Positions 21,390 to 30,672 of a stretch of 64,000 bases of DNA are shown here, piece after piece (the stretch's first letter is position 1; every line of letters begins with the position of its first letter). The notes under the pieces were generated by a model. That model ran no database searches and was not told the origin of the DNA. It worked only from the letters and a program-made list of their open reading frames with translations. This DNA comes from an uncultured delta proteobacterium (GTDB lineage Bacteria; Desulfobacterota; Syntrophia; Syntrophales; UBA2185): contig CAVSPA010000005.1 of the NCBI GenBank assembly GCA_963729715.1, forward strand, positions 544,001 through 608,000, read 5' to 3'. The position numbers were made by a program, and so were the translations under genes.

Positions 21390-22493
21390 ATGAAACTGAA
21401 GATCGCTGTTTTAACAGGCGGCGGCGATTGTCCCGGCTTGAACGGCGCCATCAAGTGGGTAACAAAGACCGCTCTCGACCCGAGACTTGCCGCGAAACGT
21501 CCCGTGTCCTTTGAGGTTGTCGGCGTTGTCGAAGGCTGGAAGGGATTGGTAGAGGTTAATCCGGACGATCCGAGAAGTCGTGACCGCTACCTCCGTCACC
21601 TGGATGAAGAGGTCGTGCGAACATGGGACCGCCACGGCGGGACATACTTGGGAACGTCGCGGACGAACCCGTTTAATCCGAAGAATGATCGTTCTGAAAA
21701 ATTAATAGCTAACATTAAGAAGCTCGGGATCGATGTTCTCGTCGTACTCGGTGGAGAAGATACCTTGGGCGTTGCCTATAAATTACATACGTTGGGCATC
21801 AAGACCGTCGGCATCCCGAAGACTATTGACAATGACCTCACTGGCACCGAATATTCGCTCGGGTTTGATACGGCTATTAACGTGATCACGGAGGAAATTG
21901 ATCGGTTGAGGACTACCGCCGGTTCTCATCGCCGGAACTTTGTTGTCGAAACGATGGGACGTCATGCGGGATGGCTTGCACTTCACGGCGGCGAATGCAG
22001 CGGCGCCTATATAATTTTGATACCTGAATACCCCTTCGATATGGACGTGGTGTGTGATCTTCTGCGTGAACGGGAAGGACGGGAAATAAACTATTCAATT
22101 ATTGTGGTCTCTGAGGGGGCCAAGCCGGCAGGGAAGCAGGAATTCGTGAGAGACACTAAAGTCGATGAATTCGGGCATCCTACGCTCGGTGGGATAGCGA
22201 ACTCTGTCGCACTTGAAATTGAGAAGAGGACGGGCTTCGAAACTCGATCTCTCATTTTGAGCCACTTGCAGCGGGGAGGGACACCATCAGCTCGTGATCG
22301 GTTGATGGCCAGGTGGTTTGGAATAGCTGCAGTTGACATGATTATCAATGAAGATTATGGGCGCATGGTGAGCCTGATCAGAGGTGAGATTAGAAGCATT
22401 CCTCTCAAGGAAATAATCAGCAAATTAAAACTCGTCGATGTGGAAAAATATTACGATACCGAGCGGTACAACGGTCGGAGGTCAATATTGTGA
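21390..22493 (+). CDS. pfkA: 6-phosphofructokinase, PPi-type/mixed-substrate group
   Basis: GGGDCPGLN, GTSR, GGEDT, PKTIDND, MGRHAG, QRGG; Asp and Lys at the two donor-discriminating positions. Confidence 0.9.
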   Translation: MKLKIAVLTGGGDCPGLNGAIKWVTKTALDPRLAAKRPVSFEVVGVVEGWKGLVEVNPDDPRSRDRYLRHLDEEVVRTWDRHGGTYLGTSRTNPFNPKNDRSEKLIANIKKLGIDVLVVLGGEDTLGVAYKLHTLGIKTVGIPKTIDNDLTGTEYSLGFDTAINVITEEIDRLRTTAGSHRRNFVVETMGRHAGWLALHGGECSGAYIILIPEYPFDMDVVCDLLREREGREINYSIIVVSEGAKPAGKQEFVRDTKVDEFGHPTLGGIANSVALEIEKRTGFETRSLILSHLQRGGTPSARDRLMARWFGIAAVDMIINEDYGRMVSLIRGEIRSIPLKEIISKLKLVDVEKYYDTERYNGRRSIL

Positions 22494-22867
22494 GACTGCT
22501 TAATTTGCGATGTAACCTTCTTTTGATGATCTTGAGTGTTGTCGTGGTAGGTATATTATTTATTTTCACTGGAGCATCTGCTAAGGAGGGAAATACACAA
22601 CAGAAAAAGTATGCAGAAGAGTTGACGCCGCAAGGAACCTTGCAAGAGCTTCCATCTCCACCACAGCAAACCCAGAAGTCTCCCTCGGCATCCGTGCCGA
22701 CGTCTTCCGCACCGGAAAATCAAGGTGCCATAAATCCAAGAACGGGTGAATATTATCCACCTTCAGGCAAGGGGGCCATCAATCCCAAAACCGGGGAATA
22801 TTATCCACCCAGCAGTAACGGAGTCATTAACCCGAGGACAGGCGCATATTATCCGCATGTTCCCTGA
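22490..22867 (+). CDS. Exported/anchored hypothetical protein with three GxINPxTGxYYP repeats
   Basis: Hydrophobic N-terminus, Pro/Gln/Ser linker, three 16-aa repeats; start overlaps the pfk stop (GTGA). Confidence 0.7.
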   Translation: MRLLNLRCNLLLMILSVVVVGILFIFTGASAKEGNTQQKKYAEELTPQGTLQELPSPPQQTQKSPSASVPTSSAPENQGAINPRTGEYYPPSGKGAINPKTGEYYPPSSNGVINPRTGAYYPHVP

Positions 22868-22896
22868 TGTCATGATAGAGATGGCAGGAATTAATT

Positions 22897-24105
22897 TTAT
22901 CCGCTTATAATACACTCCTTCCTTAACTGATCAATTTCGATCTGCGAATAATTTAGGATGTCTCTTAAGATTTCTTCTGTGTGCTGCCCCAGGAGCGGGG
23001 CAGGCGCGTATACTTCTCCCGGTGTCTCTGACAGATGCATCGGCGAGCCCGTAATAGTCATCCTTCCCACTTCAGGCTGATCTATATCCACCAGCATATT
23101 CCTGTATCCGATATGCGGATCCGCGCAGATATCCTTGATGCTGTTGACGGGCGAATAAGGCAGATCAGCCTTATCAAAGAGTTCCGACCACTCTTTCGTA
23201 GTTTTCTGGGAGATCTCTCCTGAAATAATGGAGATGAGCTCCTTTACATGCTTGGTCCTGAGAGGATTCGTTTTAAACATCGGATCTCCCGTTAGGTCTT
23301 CCCGGCCAATCACTTTACAGAATCTCGCCCAGAGGATATCGTTTCCTATGGCCGCGATTATCCACGAGTCTTTTGTCTTAAAGCTCTGAAAAGGGGTGAT
23401 GGAGGGGTGCCTGCTTCCGAGAGGACCTGGTATTTCCCCGCTTATTGTATGGCGGACGACGGCGTTTTCCAAGACGGCAAACAGGCCGTCGACCATGGCG
23501 CCGTCGTAATGCTGCCCTCTTCCGGATTTTTCCCTGTAGATTAAAGCGGCCAGGATTCCAATCGCGGCCTGGTGTCCGGAAAATATGTCACCCACCGAGG
23601 AGCCGGCCCTACAGGGTTGTCCTCCTTCCGGCCCCGTTATGCTCATGAGGCCGCTGTAGCCTTGGGCCACCATGTCGTAGGACGGTCTGTTGTCATATCC
23701 GGGAAGAGAATGTTGGCCGAAGCCGGAGATAGAGGCATAAACGATGCGGGGGTTGATCTTTTGGATCTCTTCCCAACTGAATCCGAGTTTCCTCATTGTG
23801 GTGGGTCTGTAGTTTTCTATGAGAACGTCGGATACCTCCATCAATTGCCTGAGTATCTTTTTCCCCGCTTCCTTTCTCAAATCGAGAACCATGCTTTTCT
23901 TGTTGCGATTGAGACTGATGAAATAACCGCTCCGGTTCTTGCCGGCATCGCCGGCAAAAGGCCCAAACTCTCTTGCATCGTCTCCGTGCGGCGGTTCCAC
24001 ATGAATGACCTCAGCCCCAAGGTCCGCCAAGAACATTGTCGTTATCGGCGCTGCGAGGACGTGGCTGAGATCAACAACCCTGATACCTTCTAATGCACGA
24101 CTCAT
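22897..24105 (-). CDS. Family III CoA-transferase (CaiB/BaiF)
   Basis: LEGIRVVDLS, LADLGAEVIHVE, NRNKKS, ENYRP, YDMVAQ, APLLGQHT. Confidence 0.93.
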   Translation of the reverse strand: MSRALEGIRVVDLSHVLAAPITTMFLADLGAEVIHVEPPHGDDAREFGPFAGDAGKNRSGYFISLNRNKKSMVLDLRKEAGKKILRQLMEVSDVLIENYRPTTMRKLGFSWEEIQKINPRIVYASISGFGQHSLPGYDNRPSYDMVAQGYSGLMSITGPEGGQPCRAGSSVGDIFSGHQAAIGILAALIYREKSGRGQHYDGAMVDGLFAVLENAVVRHTISGEIPGPLGSRHPSITPFQSFKTKDSWIIAAIGNDILWARFCKVIGREDLTGDPMFKTNPLRTKHVKELISIISGEISQKTTKEWSELFDKADLPYSPVNSIKDICADPHIGYRNMLVDIDQPEVGRMTITGSPMHLSETPGEVYAPAPLLGQHTEEILRDILNYSQIEIDQLRKECIISG

Positions 24106-24166
24106 CTTCTTAACTCTCCATATCGATTCGTTCGAGCAAAGACCGGCTGTCTATTGCTTCCAATTA

Positions 24167-25321
24167 TTACAATATGAACACGGAAATTATGGCGCCTGCA
24201 AGCACTATGTAGAGGATGTCCACCTTGCGGATTAAAGCGGCCAATGCCGCAAGCCCCAGGAGGATCCTCGCAATATCCCAGGGAACAGTTGCCGCAAACT
24301 TAAAGCAGACAAATAGAAGGAGTCCGACGAAAGAGGCAAGAACACCGTCTATGGCCCGCAGAAAATGCACCGAGTTCTTCAGCCGATCAAAAAATGGTGC
24401 GACAATAACGCGCATGAAGAAGGAAGGCGTAAATATCGCGATGGTAGCGACAACAGCGCCGGAGATGCCGTACACCAGATATCCGACAAACGTTGCCGTG
24501 ATCACAATGGGGCCGGGGGTCACCTGACCCAAGGCTATACCATCCATGAATGTCTTGCTATCCAGCCAGCCTCTGCCTATGACCACCTCATGAAGCATGA
24601 GCGGGAGAGATGCAAAGCCTCCACCAAAAGCAAAGAGATCTATCTTAAGCATGACCGCTCCCAGGGCAAAGAGTCTATTATTCAGAAAATAAAGAGCACC
24701 AAGGCAAGAGAGGAAGAAGATAAGGATCACGGTCATCTGTTTTACAGTTGATGTTCTCCTCACATCGAAATCAGCCGCTGCCTTTGAAGCGGACATTCGA
24801 GAAAAAGCCGTCCCCGCAATGCCGGCGCCGACAACGGCAATAAAGGGGTTTATGCCTTCCCAAAATGTGAGGGCGGAGAGGGAGGCAATGATAAGGCTTC
24901 TGTAATTGTTTGCGATGTTCCTGCCAAAGGAATAGACGGAAGAAATAATGATGGCAACTACTATTACCTGCAGTCCGCTGAAAAGAGAAATGAATCTGGG
25001 AAGATCGTTGAAACGCGCATAGATAGCGGAGAGAATCAACATCAGGAGAAAGGCAGGCAATCCAAAACCCAGGTAAGCGGCAAACGCCCCGGGAATACCA
25101 CGAACCCTGAGACCCACATACGCGGCAGTCTGCATGGCGGTTGCGCCTGGTATGGATTGGCAGAGCGCCAGACCGTTCTTGAAATCCGTCTCATCGAGCC
25201 ATTGATAGCGGCGGGTGGAAAGTTCTCTGAGATGCGCCACCATCGCCGGGCCGCCAAAGGCCGTCAGTCCCATCCTGAGAAAAGATAAGAAGAGATTCTT
25301 GGTTGTAGGTCTATTATTCAC
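24167..25321 (-). CDS. chrA: Chromate ion transporter, long-chain ChrA family
   Basis: Two homologous halves: AFGGP...QSIPG and AFGGG...QVTPGP. Confidence 0.88.
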   Translation of the reverse strand: MNNRPTTKNLFLSFLRMGLTAFGGPAMVAHLRELSTRRYQWLDETDFKNGLALCQSIPGATAMQTAAYVGLRVRGIPGAFAAYLGFGLPAFLLMLILSAIYARFNDLPRFISLFSGLQVIVVAIIISSVYSFGRNIANNYRSLIIASLSALTFWEGINPFIAVVGAGIAGTAFSRMSASKAAADFDVRRTSTVKQMTVILIFFLSCLGALYFLNNRLFALGAVMLKIDLFAFGGGFASLPLMLHEVVIGRGWLDSKTFMDGIALGQVTPGPIVITATFVGYLVYGISGAVVATIAIFTPSFFMRVIVAPFFDRLKNSVHFLRAIDGVLASFVGLLLFVCFKFAATVPWDIARILLGLAALAALIRKVDILYIVLAGAIISVFIL

Positions 25322-25410
25322 GAGGCACCTGCATTTCGTCTATATGCTGTTATCAGTAGAGATAGTTTAAAAAAATAATATTTTCAATTTGAAAAATCAT
25401 GCATATTTAT

Positions 25411-25548
25411 TATCCACCTGGATACCACAACTGGATATTTGGTATCCAACCATATTGGGATCATAAAGGCAGAAAATAGAGGTAATTTTATAATTATCAA
25501 GTCTTACAATGACTTGTAGCAGGCAAGCTATAATGGTACATTACTTGT
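25411..25548 (+). promoter_or_regulatory. Possible sigma54-type promoter with upstream palindromic operator sites
   Basis: TATCCA-cc-TGGATA (25411-25424), TGGATA-tttgg-TATCCA (25432-25448); TGGTAC-ATTAC-TTGT (25534-25548; GT instead of GC at -12). Confidence 0.4.
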
Positions 25549-25634
25549 AATGTTGATAAGAGATTAAGTATTGGTTTGAACATATGTTCTAATACATGAC
25601 GCACTATTGAAAGTATGATTAGGAGGTAAATGAG

Positions 25635-26915
25635 ATGTTTTTGAAGAATCTAAAAGAAAAGATAACGAAGGTAACAGCATTTGCCAGCATCATCGTGTTT
25701 GTCATCGTGGCCTTTGAAATCATGATCATGATAAGCCCGTTCGCTTTTTTCTTCTATTCTGTATTCAATCCGATATTCGATTGGCTTGGACAGTTTCCCG
25801 TAACAAGATGGCTTACCGCCTTCTTTCTGCCACACATGATCTTGCCTCCTACGCTTTTTCTCAAGACTATTCGTATTGCCGGTTCGGCATTTTTTATAAT
25901 AGGCGCTGTTGCATTTATAGTATGTGCCTTACAGGTTTATCTGGGAAAACTATTCAAGTGGGGCATAGCAGATAACGGGCTCTACAGATATATCCGACAT
26001 CCTCAGTATCTTGCACTCGGCATATGGGGCATTGGCATGGCGGTCCTCTGGCCTCGATTTATCGTACTCGCAAGCCTTTCAATTATGTTTGTTCTTTATT
26101 ATTTTTTGGCAAAAGACGAAGAGAAAAGGATGTTAAACCTTTATGGAGAGTCTTATGAAAAGTATATGAGAAATATAGGGATGTTTCTCCCTAAAGCGGT
26201 TGAGAGATACTTCTCTTTTATGAATCATGTTATTCCCAAAACTTCGCTCAGGTTCGCCGTTGTCTCCATGATGATTGTCATAATAGTTATTGGCTCAGGC
26301 TTTATCTTAAGGACAATAACCTTACATTCTCTTCCCTTTGCATCAAATGCAAACATCACCATTGTATCTCTTTTGCCGGAAGATATTGGCAGGAATGCGA
26401 ATGCAGTTCAAACCATTGTTAATGGAGAGAGAGATGGCAAGATAGTATTATCCGCTGACAAGGACTATCTTGCGTATTTAATGCCTGCGGACTACATCAT
26501 GCAGGGTATGATTGCAAATACCGGAGGGGAATTTCATCTTTACAAGCAGCATAATACCGTTGCCATGATTGTTGATTGGGTATTGCATCCCTTTGAGCAT
26601 CTAAGGGCTTCACCTGCTCTTCACATGGCGAAGATTCGTAATGTGGATCCGAATATTGCGAGAAGACATCACTGCCCCCTTAAAATAAATGATCCGGCTA
26701 TGGATTGCGATACTTGCTCGTACCGGCGGGTTATTATCGATGAAGTCCAAAATGAAAGCGGGAATCATCTGTCAGGCAGGGCATTGTTTTCATTTGGGAC
26801 GATAAGGACGCCGCGCTATGCCATAGATCTAAATACCGATACTGGTGCGATTGTCAACATTGTAGCCGTTGAGAAGGCGACCGCCTGGGCAAATGTGCCC
26901 ACGCCGAGCATCTAA
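25635..26915 (+). CDS. ICMT/PEMT-family membrane methyltransferase-like protein with a soluble C-terminal extension
   Basis: GLYRYIRHPQY and EEKRML..YGESY motifs; several TM segments; C-terminal part has HHC and CxxC; AGGAGG RBS. Confidence 0.75.
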   Translation: MFLKNLKEKITKVTAFASIIVFVIVAFEIMIMISPFAFFFYSVFNPIFDWLGQFPVTRWLTAFFLPHMILPPTLFLKTIRIAGSAFFIIGAVAFIVCALQVYLGKLFKWGIADNGLYRYIRHPQYLALGIWGIGMAVLWPRFIVLASLSIMFVLYYFLAKDEEKRMLNLYGESYEKYMRNIGMFLPKAVERYFSFMNHVIPKTSLRFAVVSMMIVIIVIGSGFILRTITLHSLPFASNANITIVSLLPEDIGRNANAVQTIVNGERDGKIVLSADKDYLAYLMPADYIMQGMIANTGGEFHLYKQHNTVAMIVDWVLHPFEHLRASPALHMAKIRNVDPNIARRHHCPLKINDPAMDCDTCSYRRVIIDEVQNESGNHLSGRALFSFGTIRTPRYAIDLNTDTGAIVNIVAVEKATAWANVPTPSI

Positions 26916-26970
26916 TGGATCAAGCGGTACAAGGCCGCCCTGTCTCTGGGCAATACCGCTTTGTCTGCCA

Positions 26971-28278
26971 TTAGAATATTACATAATACAAGCTTGACAG
27001 GATAATCGAAGTGATAAGAATGATGATTACCGGCCACGTAATGTAGCGGTAAGCTCCGAATACGGTCACACCGAAGTATTCAGCGGTAACCACGAAGCAG
27101 GCATGCATGGGGGAAAGCAACATACCCATATATCCGAATGAGTAGGCAAACACAGTAGTGGCAGCCAAGAGACCGGTTGATGGCTCCGTTCCGATGAGGG
27201 CAAACACAATCGGAAAACTCGCGCCGACAAAACCGAATGCAACTCCTGTCACCATGCCGGAGATGAAGGGAATCAGCATGATGACCGTGATGAGCGGGAT
27301 GCCTGTTCTGATAAATTCGTCCCGCATCCCGGTGATCAATGTCGCCCCGGTTGCATCAACAGGACACACGAGGGCCGCTGAGAAGGCCTGAATTCCTATG
27401 ACAAGCGCTATCATAAACCAGGTGTCTATGCGCATAAGCATGCGGAGCGACGGACGGAATGCCGCAGCATGGCCAGAGAAAATAGCGCAAAGCGCAACGA
27501 TGAGGCCAACCAGCATGGATATTAAATTTGCCAGCGTGCCCTCAATGCCCATGAGGGGAAGAATCGCCGATCCCACAAGCGATATGATGACAAGCAGTCC
27601 GATAGGCCCCATTGCCGAAAGGACTTCGCCGGTGTCCATCTTTCCATAACGAACGCCTTTATCGTCTTCTTTCTTAATCCTCCGCAGAATAAATATATAC
27701 CCGCTGATCGCCGCGACGATGGTAAAGGGCATCTGTATGAGAAAAAACCAGATTGCCGGAAGCCTGGAATACTGCATCGCCAGGATGACGCCGGGATAGA
27801 GGGGCCACCAGTATTCCCAGAGATGCCGGAACCAGTAATTGATTGCCACCTTGTGAGACAATTCGAGTTCCCCGCTCTCATCGACTGCGGCCACAAAAGG
27901 CGCGGAGAATAGTGCGCCCGCGGGCATGGGTAGGAGTCCCACCAACGCGGGTAGTCCCGCTAGGATGATATGCTTGCGCTTCAGCCATTCTTTGAGGGCC
28001 GCGATCGTGCGATCCATCCGCCCCGTTTTGCTCAAAGACTCGGTGAAGAACAAAAGAAGGAGAATGATGACAGGCAGTATATAATTCTGCGGCTCGCCAA
28101 AGCTTGCTACCTGGTAATAAATGCCGCCCATGCCGGTGCCGGCCCACAAGGGCAGCAGGATGGAAAAAAGAAGGATAGCGAGACCCAACGGCACACCGGA
28201 TGAGTTAAGGAGCAGTATCCCCAGGAAGGACACGCCCACCTTACTGTAGGCGGGAAGATGTAATAACCAGTCAACCAT
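26971..28278 (-). CDS. DUF401-family integral membrane protein
   Basis: PALVGLLPMPAGALFSAP, NYWFRH.WEY.WPLYPG, LSPMHAC. Confidence 0.8.
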   Translation of the reverse strand: MVDWLLHLPAYSKVGVSFLGILLLNSSGVPLGLAILLFSILLPLWAGTGMGGIYYQVASFGEPQNYILPVIILLLLFFTESLSKTGRMDRTIAALKEWLKRKHIILAGLPALVGLLPMPAGALFSAPFVAAVDESGELELSHKVAINYWFRHLWEYWWPLYPGVILAMQYSRLPAIWFFLIQMPFTIVAAISGYIFILRRIKKEDDKGVRYGKMDTGEVLSAMGPIGLLVIISLVGSAILPLMGIEGTLANLISMLVGLIVALCAIFSGHAAAFRPSLRMLMRIDTWFMIALVIGIQAFSAALVCPVDATGATLITGMRDEFIRTGIPLITVIMLIPFISGMVTGVAFGFVGASFPIVFALIGTEPSTGLLAATTVFAYSFGYMGMLLSPMHACFVVTAEYFGVTVFGAYRYITWPVIIILITSIILSSLYYVIF

Positions 28279-28484
28279 TCTTTGCTCTCATACATTCCTC
28301 AAGGTATTTGTCCATGGAAACATGTTCGTTACACAAGCCTGTGCCCCGGCCAGGATGCTTTTACACTTTTTTCTTTCCGTATGCGAAGAATATTATGCGG
28401 CGGGTCAAAGGATTGTTGGGAGGCACGCGAATTTAAATTTTTTTATCGAAGGACTGCACGGGCAGAAGAAGAATTTGTAAAGTC

Positions 28485-28589
28485 TTATCGAATACAGACG
28501 CTCAAGACTTCGATGAAGTCAGTCTCTCCCTTTAGCACTTTCATAATGCCATTCTGAAGGATGGTGTGCATTCCCGCTAAGATCAGGTC
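28485..28589 (-). pseudogene. Remnant C-terminus of a GspE/PilB-type secretion ATPase
   Basis: Manual translation DLILAGMHTILQNGIMKVLKGETDFIEVLSVCIR*, resembling the GMxTLxQDGxxKVxxGxTxxxEV terminal motif; no upstream gene body. Confidence 0.5.
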
Positions 28590-28596
28590 CAAAAAA

Positions 28597-28633
28597 TCAA
28601 AAGGGGCTCATGATTTCTCATGGCCCCTTTTGA
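28597..28633 (-). terminator. Intrinsic terminator (probably bidirectional)
   Basis: TCAAAAGGGGC-TCATGA..TCATG-GCCCCTTTTGA hairpin with A/T tracts on both sides, just downstream of the 28666 stop. Confidence 0.75.
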
Positions 28634-28665
28634 ACAATTTTTTGCGAAAAAAAGATTGAAGCAAG

Positions 28666-28896
28666 TTATTTCTTGGGCTCGTCCATCTTCTTCTCTTCCG
28701 CCTTCTTCTCTTCCTTCTTTTCCTTCTTGGCCTTCTTGGCCTTCTTTACCTTCTTCTTCTCTGCCTTCTTCTCTGCCTTCTTCTCTTCCATCTTCTTTTC
28801 TGGTGCCGGTGCGGGAGCCGGAGCCTGGGCGAAGCAGAGGCCGGTCATAGAAAGTGCAAACAGGATAGCGATAAATACTGTCGTGAGTTTCTTCAT
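28666..28896 (-). CDS. Small secreted Lys/Glu/Ala-rich low-complexity protein
   Basis: AGGAGGTG RBS, signal peptide MKKLTTVFIAILFALSMTGLCFA, then (AP)n and EKKA/EEKK repeats; flanked by a promoter and a terminator. Confidence 0.85.
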   Translation of the reverse strand: MKKLTTVFIAILFALSMTGLCFAQAPAPAPAPEKKMEEKKAEKKAEKKKVKKAKKAKKEKKEEKKAEEKKMDEPKK

Positions 28897-28933
28897 TCGA
28901 TTCACCTCCTTTCTTTCAGTTTTCCATTAATTT

Positions 28934-29062
28934 AGCAAGGACTATACCACAATAAAAATAAATAAAAATAGCAAGTGATAATAATTGGTTATCAAAATGC
29001 CACGATGGCATATTCCTCCTTTATTGAGGAAGTATTCCCCTTCCTTTGGGGAATAATTCCCT
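28934..29062 (-). promoter_or_regulatory. Sigma54 (-24/-12) promoter plus upstream activator sites
   Basis: Minus strand TGGTAT-AGTCC-TTGCT (28949-28934; GG-N10-GC). Quasi-palindromes GAGGAAGTATTCCCC (29026-29040) and GGGGAATAATTCCCT (29048-29062), 22 bp apart. Confidence 0.72.
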
Positions 29063-29153
29063 AAGTGGACAAATAAGTTATCGTATCTGGAATCTGTTGC
29101 GCCGGGCTATGGCAATTCCGTGTAAGGAATAAAGAAAACCACACGGGAAGTCA

Positions 29154-29663
29154 TCACCAGCTATTGACATGAATCCTTGCGGTGTTAAATCGATTCGCCG
29201 GAGGTTTGTGCTCGTCGGGATACCCGATAGGAATAACTGCGAGCGGTATCACATGCTCGGGCAGCTTCAGGAGCTTCTGCATGCCTTTAACGCGTTCAGT
29301 TATCGGATGGACGCCAAGCCATACCGCGCCTAATCCTTTTGCCTGAACCGCAATCAGCATATTTTCTGCTGCTGCCGAACAATCCTGCGCCCAGAAATCC
29401 TTATACACTTCCAATTTCAGGTCCCCGCAAATTACAATAGCCACGGAGGCCGTCTTTACGGATTGAGCATATGGATGGACCTTGGGAATTTCATCGAGGA
29501 TCTTTCGGTCATTGACAATAACGAAATGCCAGGGCTGTTCATTGCCTGCAGACGGGGCGCTCATAGCGGCTGCCAATATCTCTTGCACCGCGCTCTCCGA
29601 CACCGGCTCCTTTGTGTATTTGCGAATGCTTCTTCTCGAAAGAATCGCTTCCATTGCATTCAT
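29154..29663 (-). CDS. Nitroreductase family protein
   Basis: RRSIRKY, APSAGNEQPWHF, QDCSAAAENML, GLGAVW, IGYP; ATG 29663 after GGAGG. Confidence 0.93.
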   Translation of the reverse strand: MNAMEAILSRRSIRKYTKEPVSESAVQEILAAAMSAPSAGNEQPWHFVIVNDRKILDEIPKVHPYAQSVKTASVAIVICGDLKLEVYKDFWAQDCSAAAENMLIAVQAKGLGAVWLGVHPITERVKGMQKLLKLPEHVIPLAVIPIGYPDEHKPPANRFNTARIHVNSW

Positions 29664-29695
29664 AATGGTCACCTCCGTTATCTCTCTACTGCAGC

Positions 29696-30270
29696 CTACC
29701 GGCCTTTGCAATCCGACTTGCCCTTGCCATAGCTCCCTGTCTCTTCGTTCTTGAGGATGGACCCTTCGAAGGTAAGAACGTAAGTAAACTACCACCGACC
29801 TTGTCGGTGGCCTTCAAAATGCGGCAAGCCTACGGACAATGTCCTTCGCCTTGCCTGATAAGGATTGAAACGGCTATTCTAAAATATTGTTCACCAACAT
29901 TGTTGGTTCACTTAAGGTGTGGGGCCTCCGCCCCCACACCCCACCACTGACAATGTCAGTGGTTTTGACAGATAAATAAAATCGTTTCCCCTGCAGTTAT
30001 AAAACCACTTTTCCATAGGTTTCTTTTTCTCTTTCAGGTAGGTGCGTTTGGTCTTATCGCTCTTGTCTCCCTCCCTTTCATCCGTTCGGTAGTGGCGGCC
30101 CTTCTTAGAACGTATCTTTTCTTTCGACGTCGGCTTGCCGCATTCGAGGAGCGCTTTCGTCTTGGAGTCTCCGACACTTACCCTTCGCCGCATCTGAAGG
30201 CGCCGCTCTCAATACTTCCGGATAATATGAAGCATGCCGCGACTAATACTGAAATAATTATTTTTGTCAT
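29696..30270 (-). pseudogene. DUF2845-like secreted protein, frameshifted near 30180 and interrupted by a 192-bp insertion
   Basis: MTKIIISVLVAACFILSGSIESGAFRCGEG / VSVGDSKTKALLECGKP...KWFYNCRGNDFIY / VLTFEGSILKNEETGSYGKGKSDCKGR*. Deleting 29781-29972 restores DFIYVLTF in frame. Confidence 0.8.
29781..29972 (+). mobile_element. Non-autonomous IS200/IS605-type palindromic element (PATE/MITE)
   Basis: Sub-terminal hairpins CCACCGAC-ctt-GTCGGTGG and ACCACTGAC-aat-GTCAGTGGT plus two internal hairpins; precise removal restores the host gene; 3-bp TAA boundary ambiguity. Confidence 0.78.
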
Positions 30271-30402
30271 GACGATCTCCTTTCCAGATCTATGATTACA
30301 TGGCCATTTACGAATGGCGTCATATTTCACGAAAGGGGCCGGATGGTCATCAGAGCATACGCTTGCCCTTGCTTTGGCTTTAGCGAGTGGGTTAAGAATG
30401 CG

Positions 30403-30567
30403 TCAACTTTTTCTGCTGGTCTTGGCCGTGAATGTGGAGATTTGCTGTTTTACCTTTTTGCTTTTGCATTTCGGACATGCAGCTTTGGCTTTTTCGTATT
30501 CTCTGAAACTCTGTATCACGGAAAATTTTTTCCTGCAGGCTTCGCAGAGATATTCATACGTCGGCAT
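30403..30567 (-). CDS. FmdB-family zinc-ribbon protein
   Basis: Manual translation MPTYEYLCEACRKKF...CPKCKSKKVKQQISTFTAKTSRKS*; GGAGG RBS; below the ORF-track size cutoff. Confidence 0.85.
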   Translation of the reverse strand: MPTYEYLCEACRKKFSVIQSFREYEKAKAACPKCKSKKVKQQISTFTAKTSRKS

Positions 30568-30672
30568 ATGCTTTCCTCCATATCAGGATTATCTATTGCT
30601 ATTTTCTTCTCCGTATTTTAATAAAATGCCATATATTGTCAAGCAGAGTAATAAAGGAGCTTCGGAAATACC

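Noticed and set aside
28673..28930. Phe/Ser-rich + strand ORFs and CCTTCTT repeats as a CRISPR or separate gene
   Set aside because: They are the reverse complement of the Lys/Glu-rich gene; there is no repeat-spacer structure.
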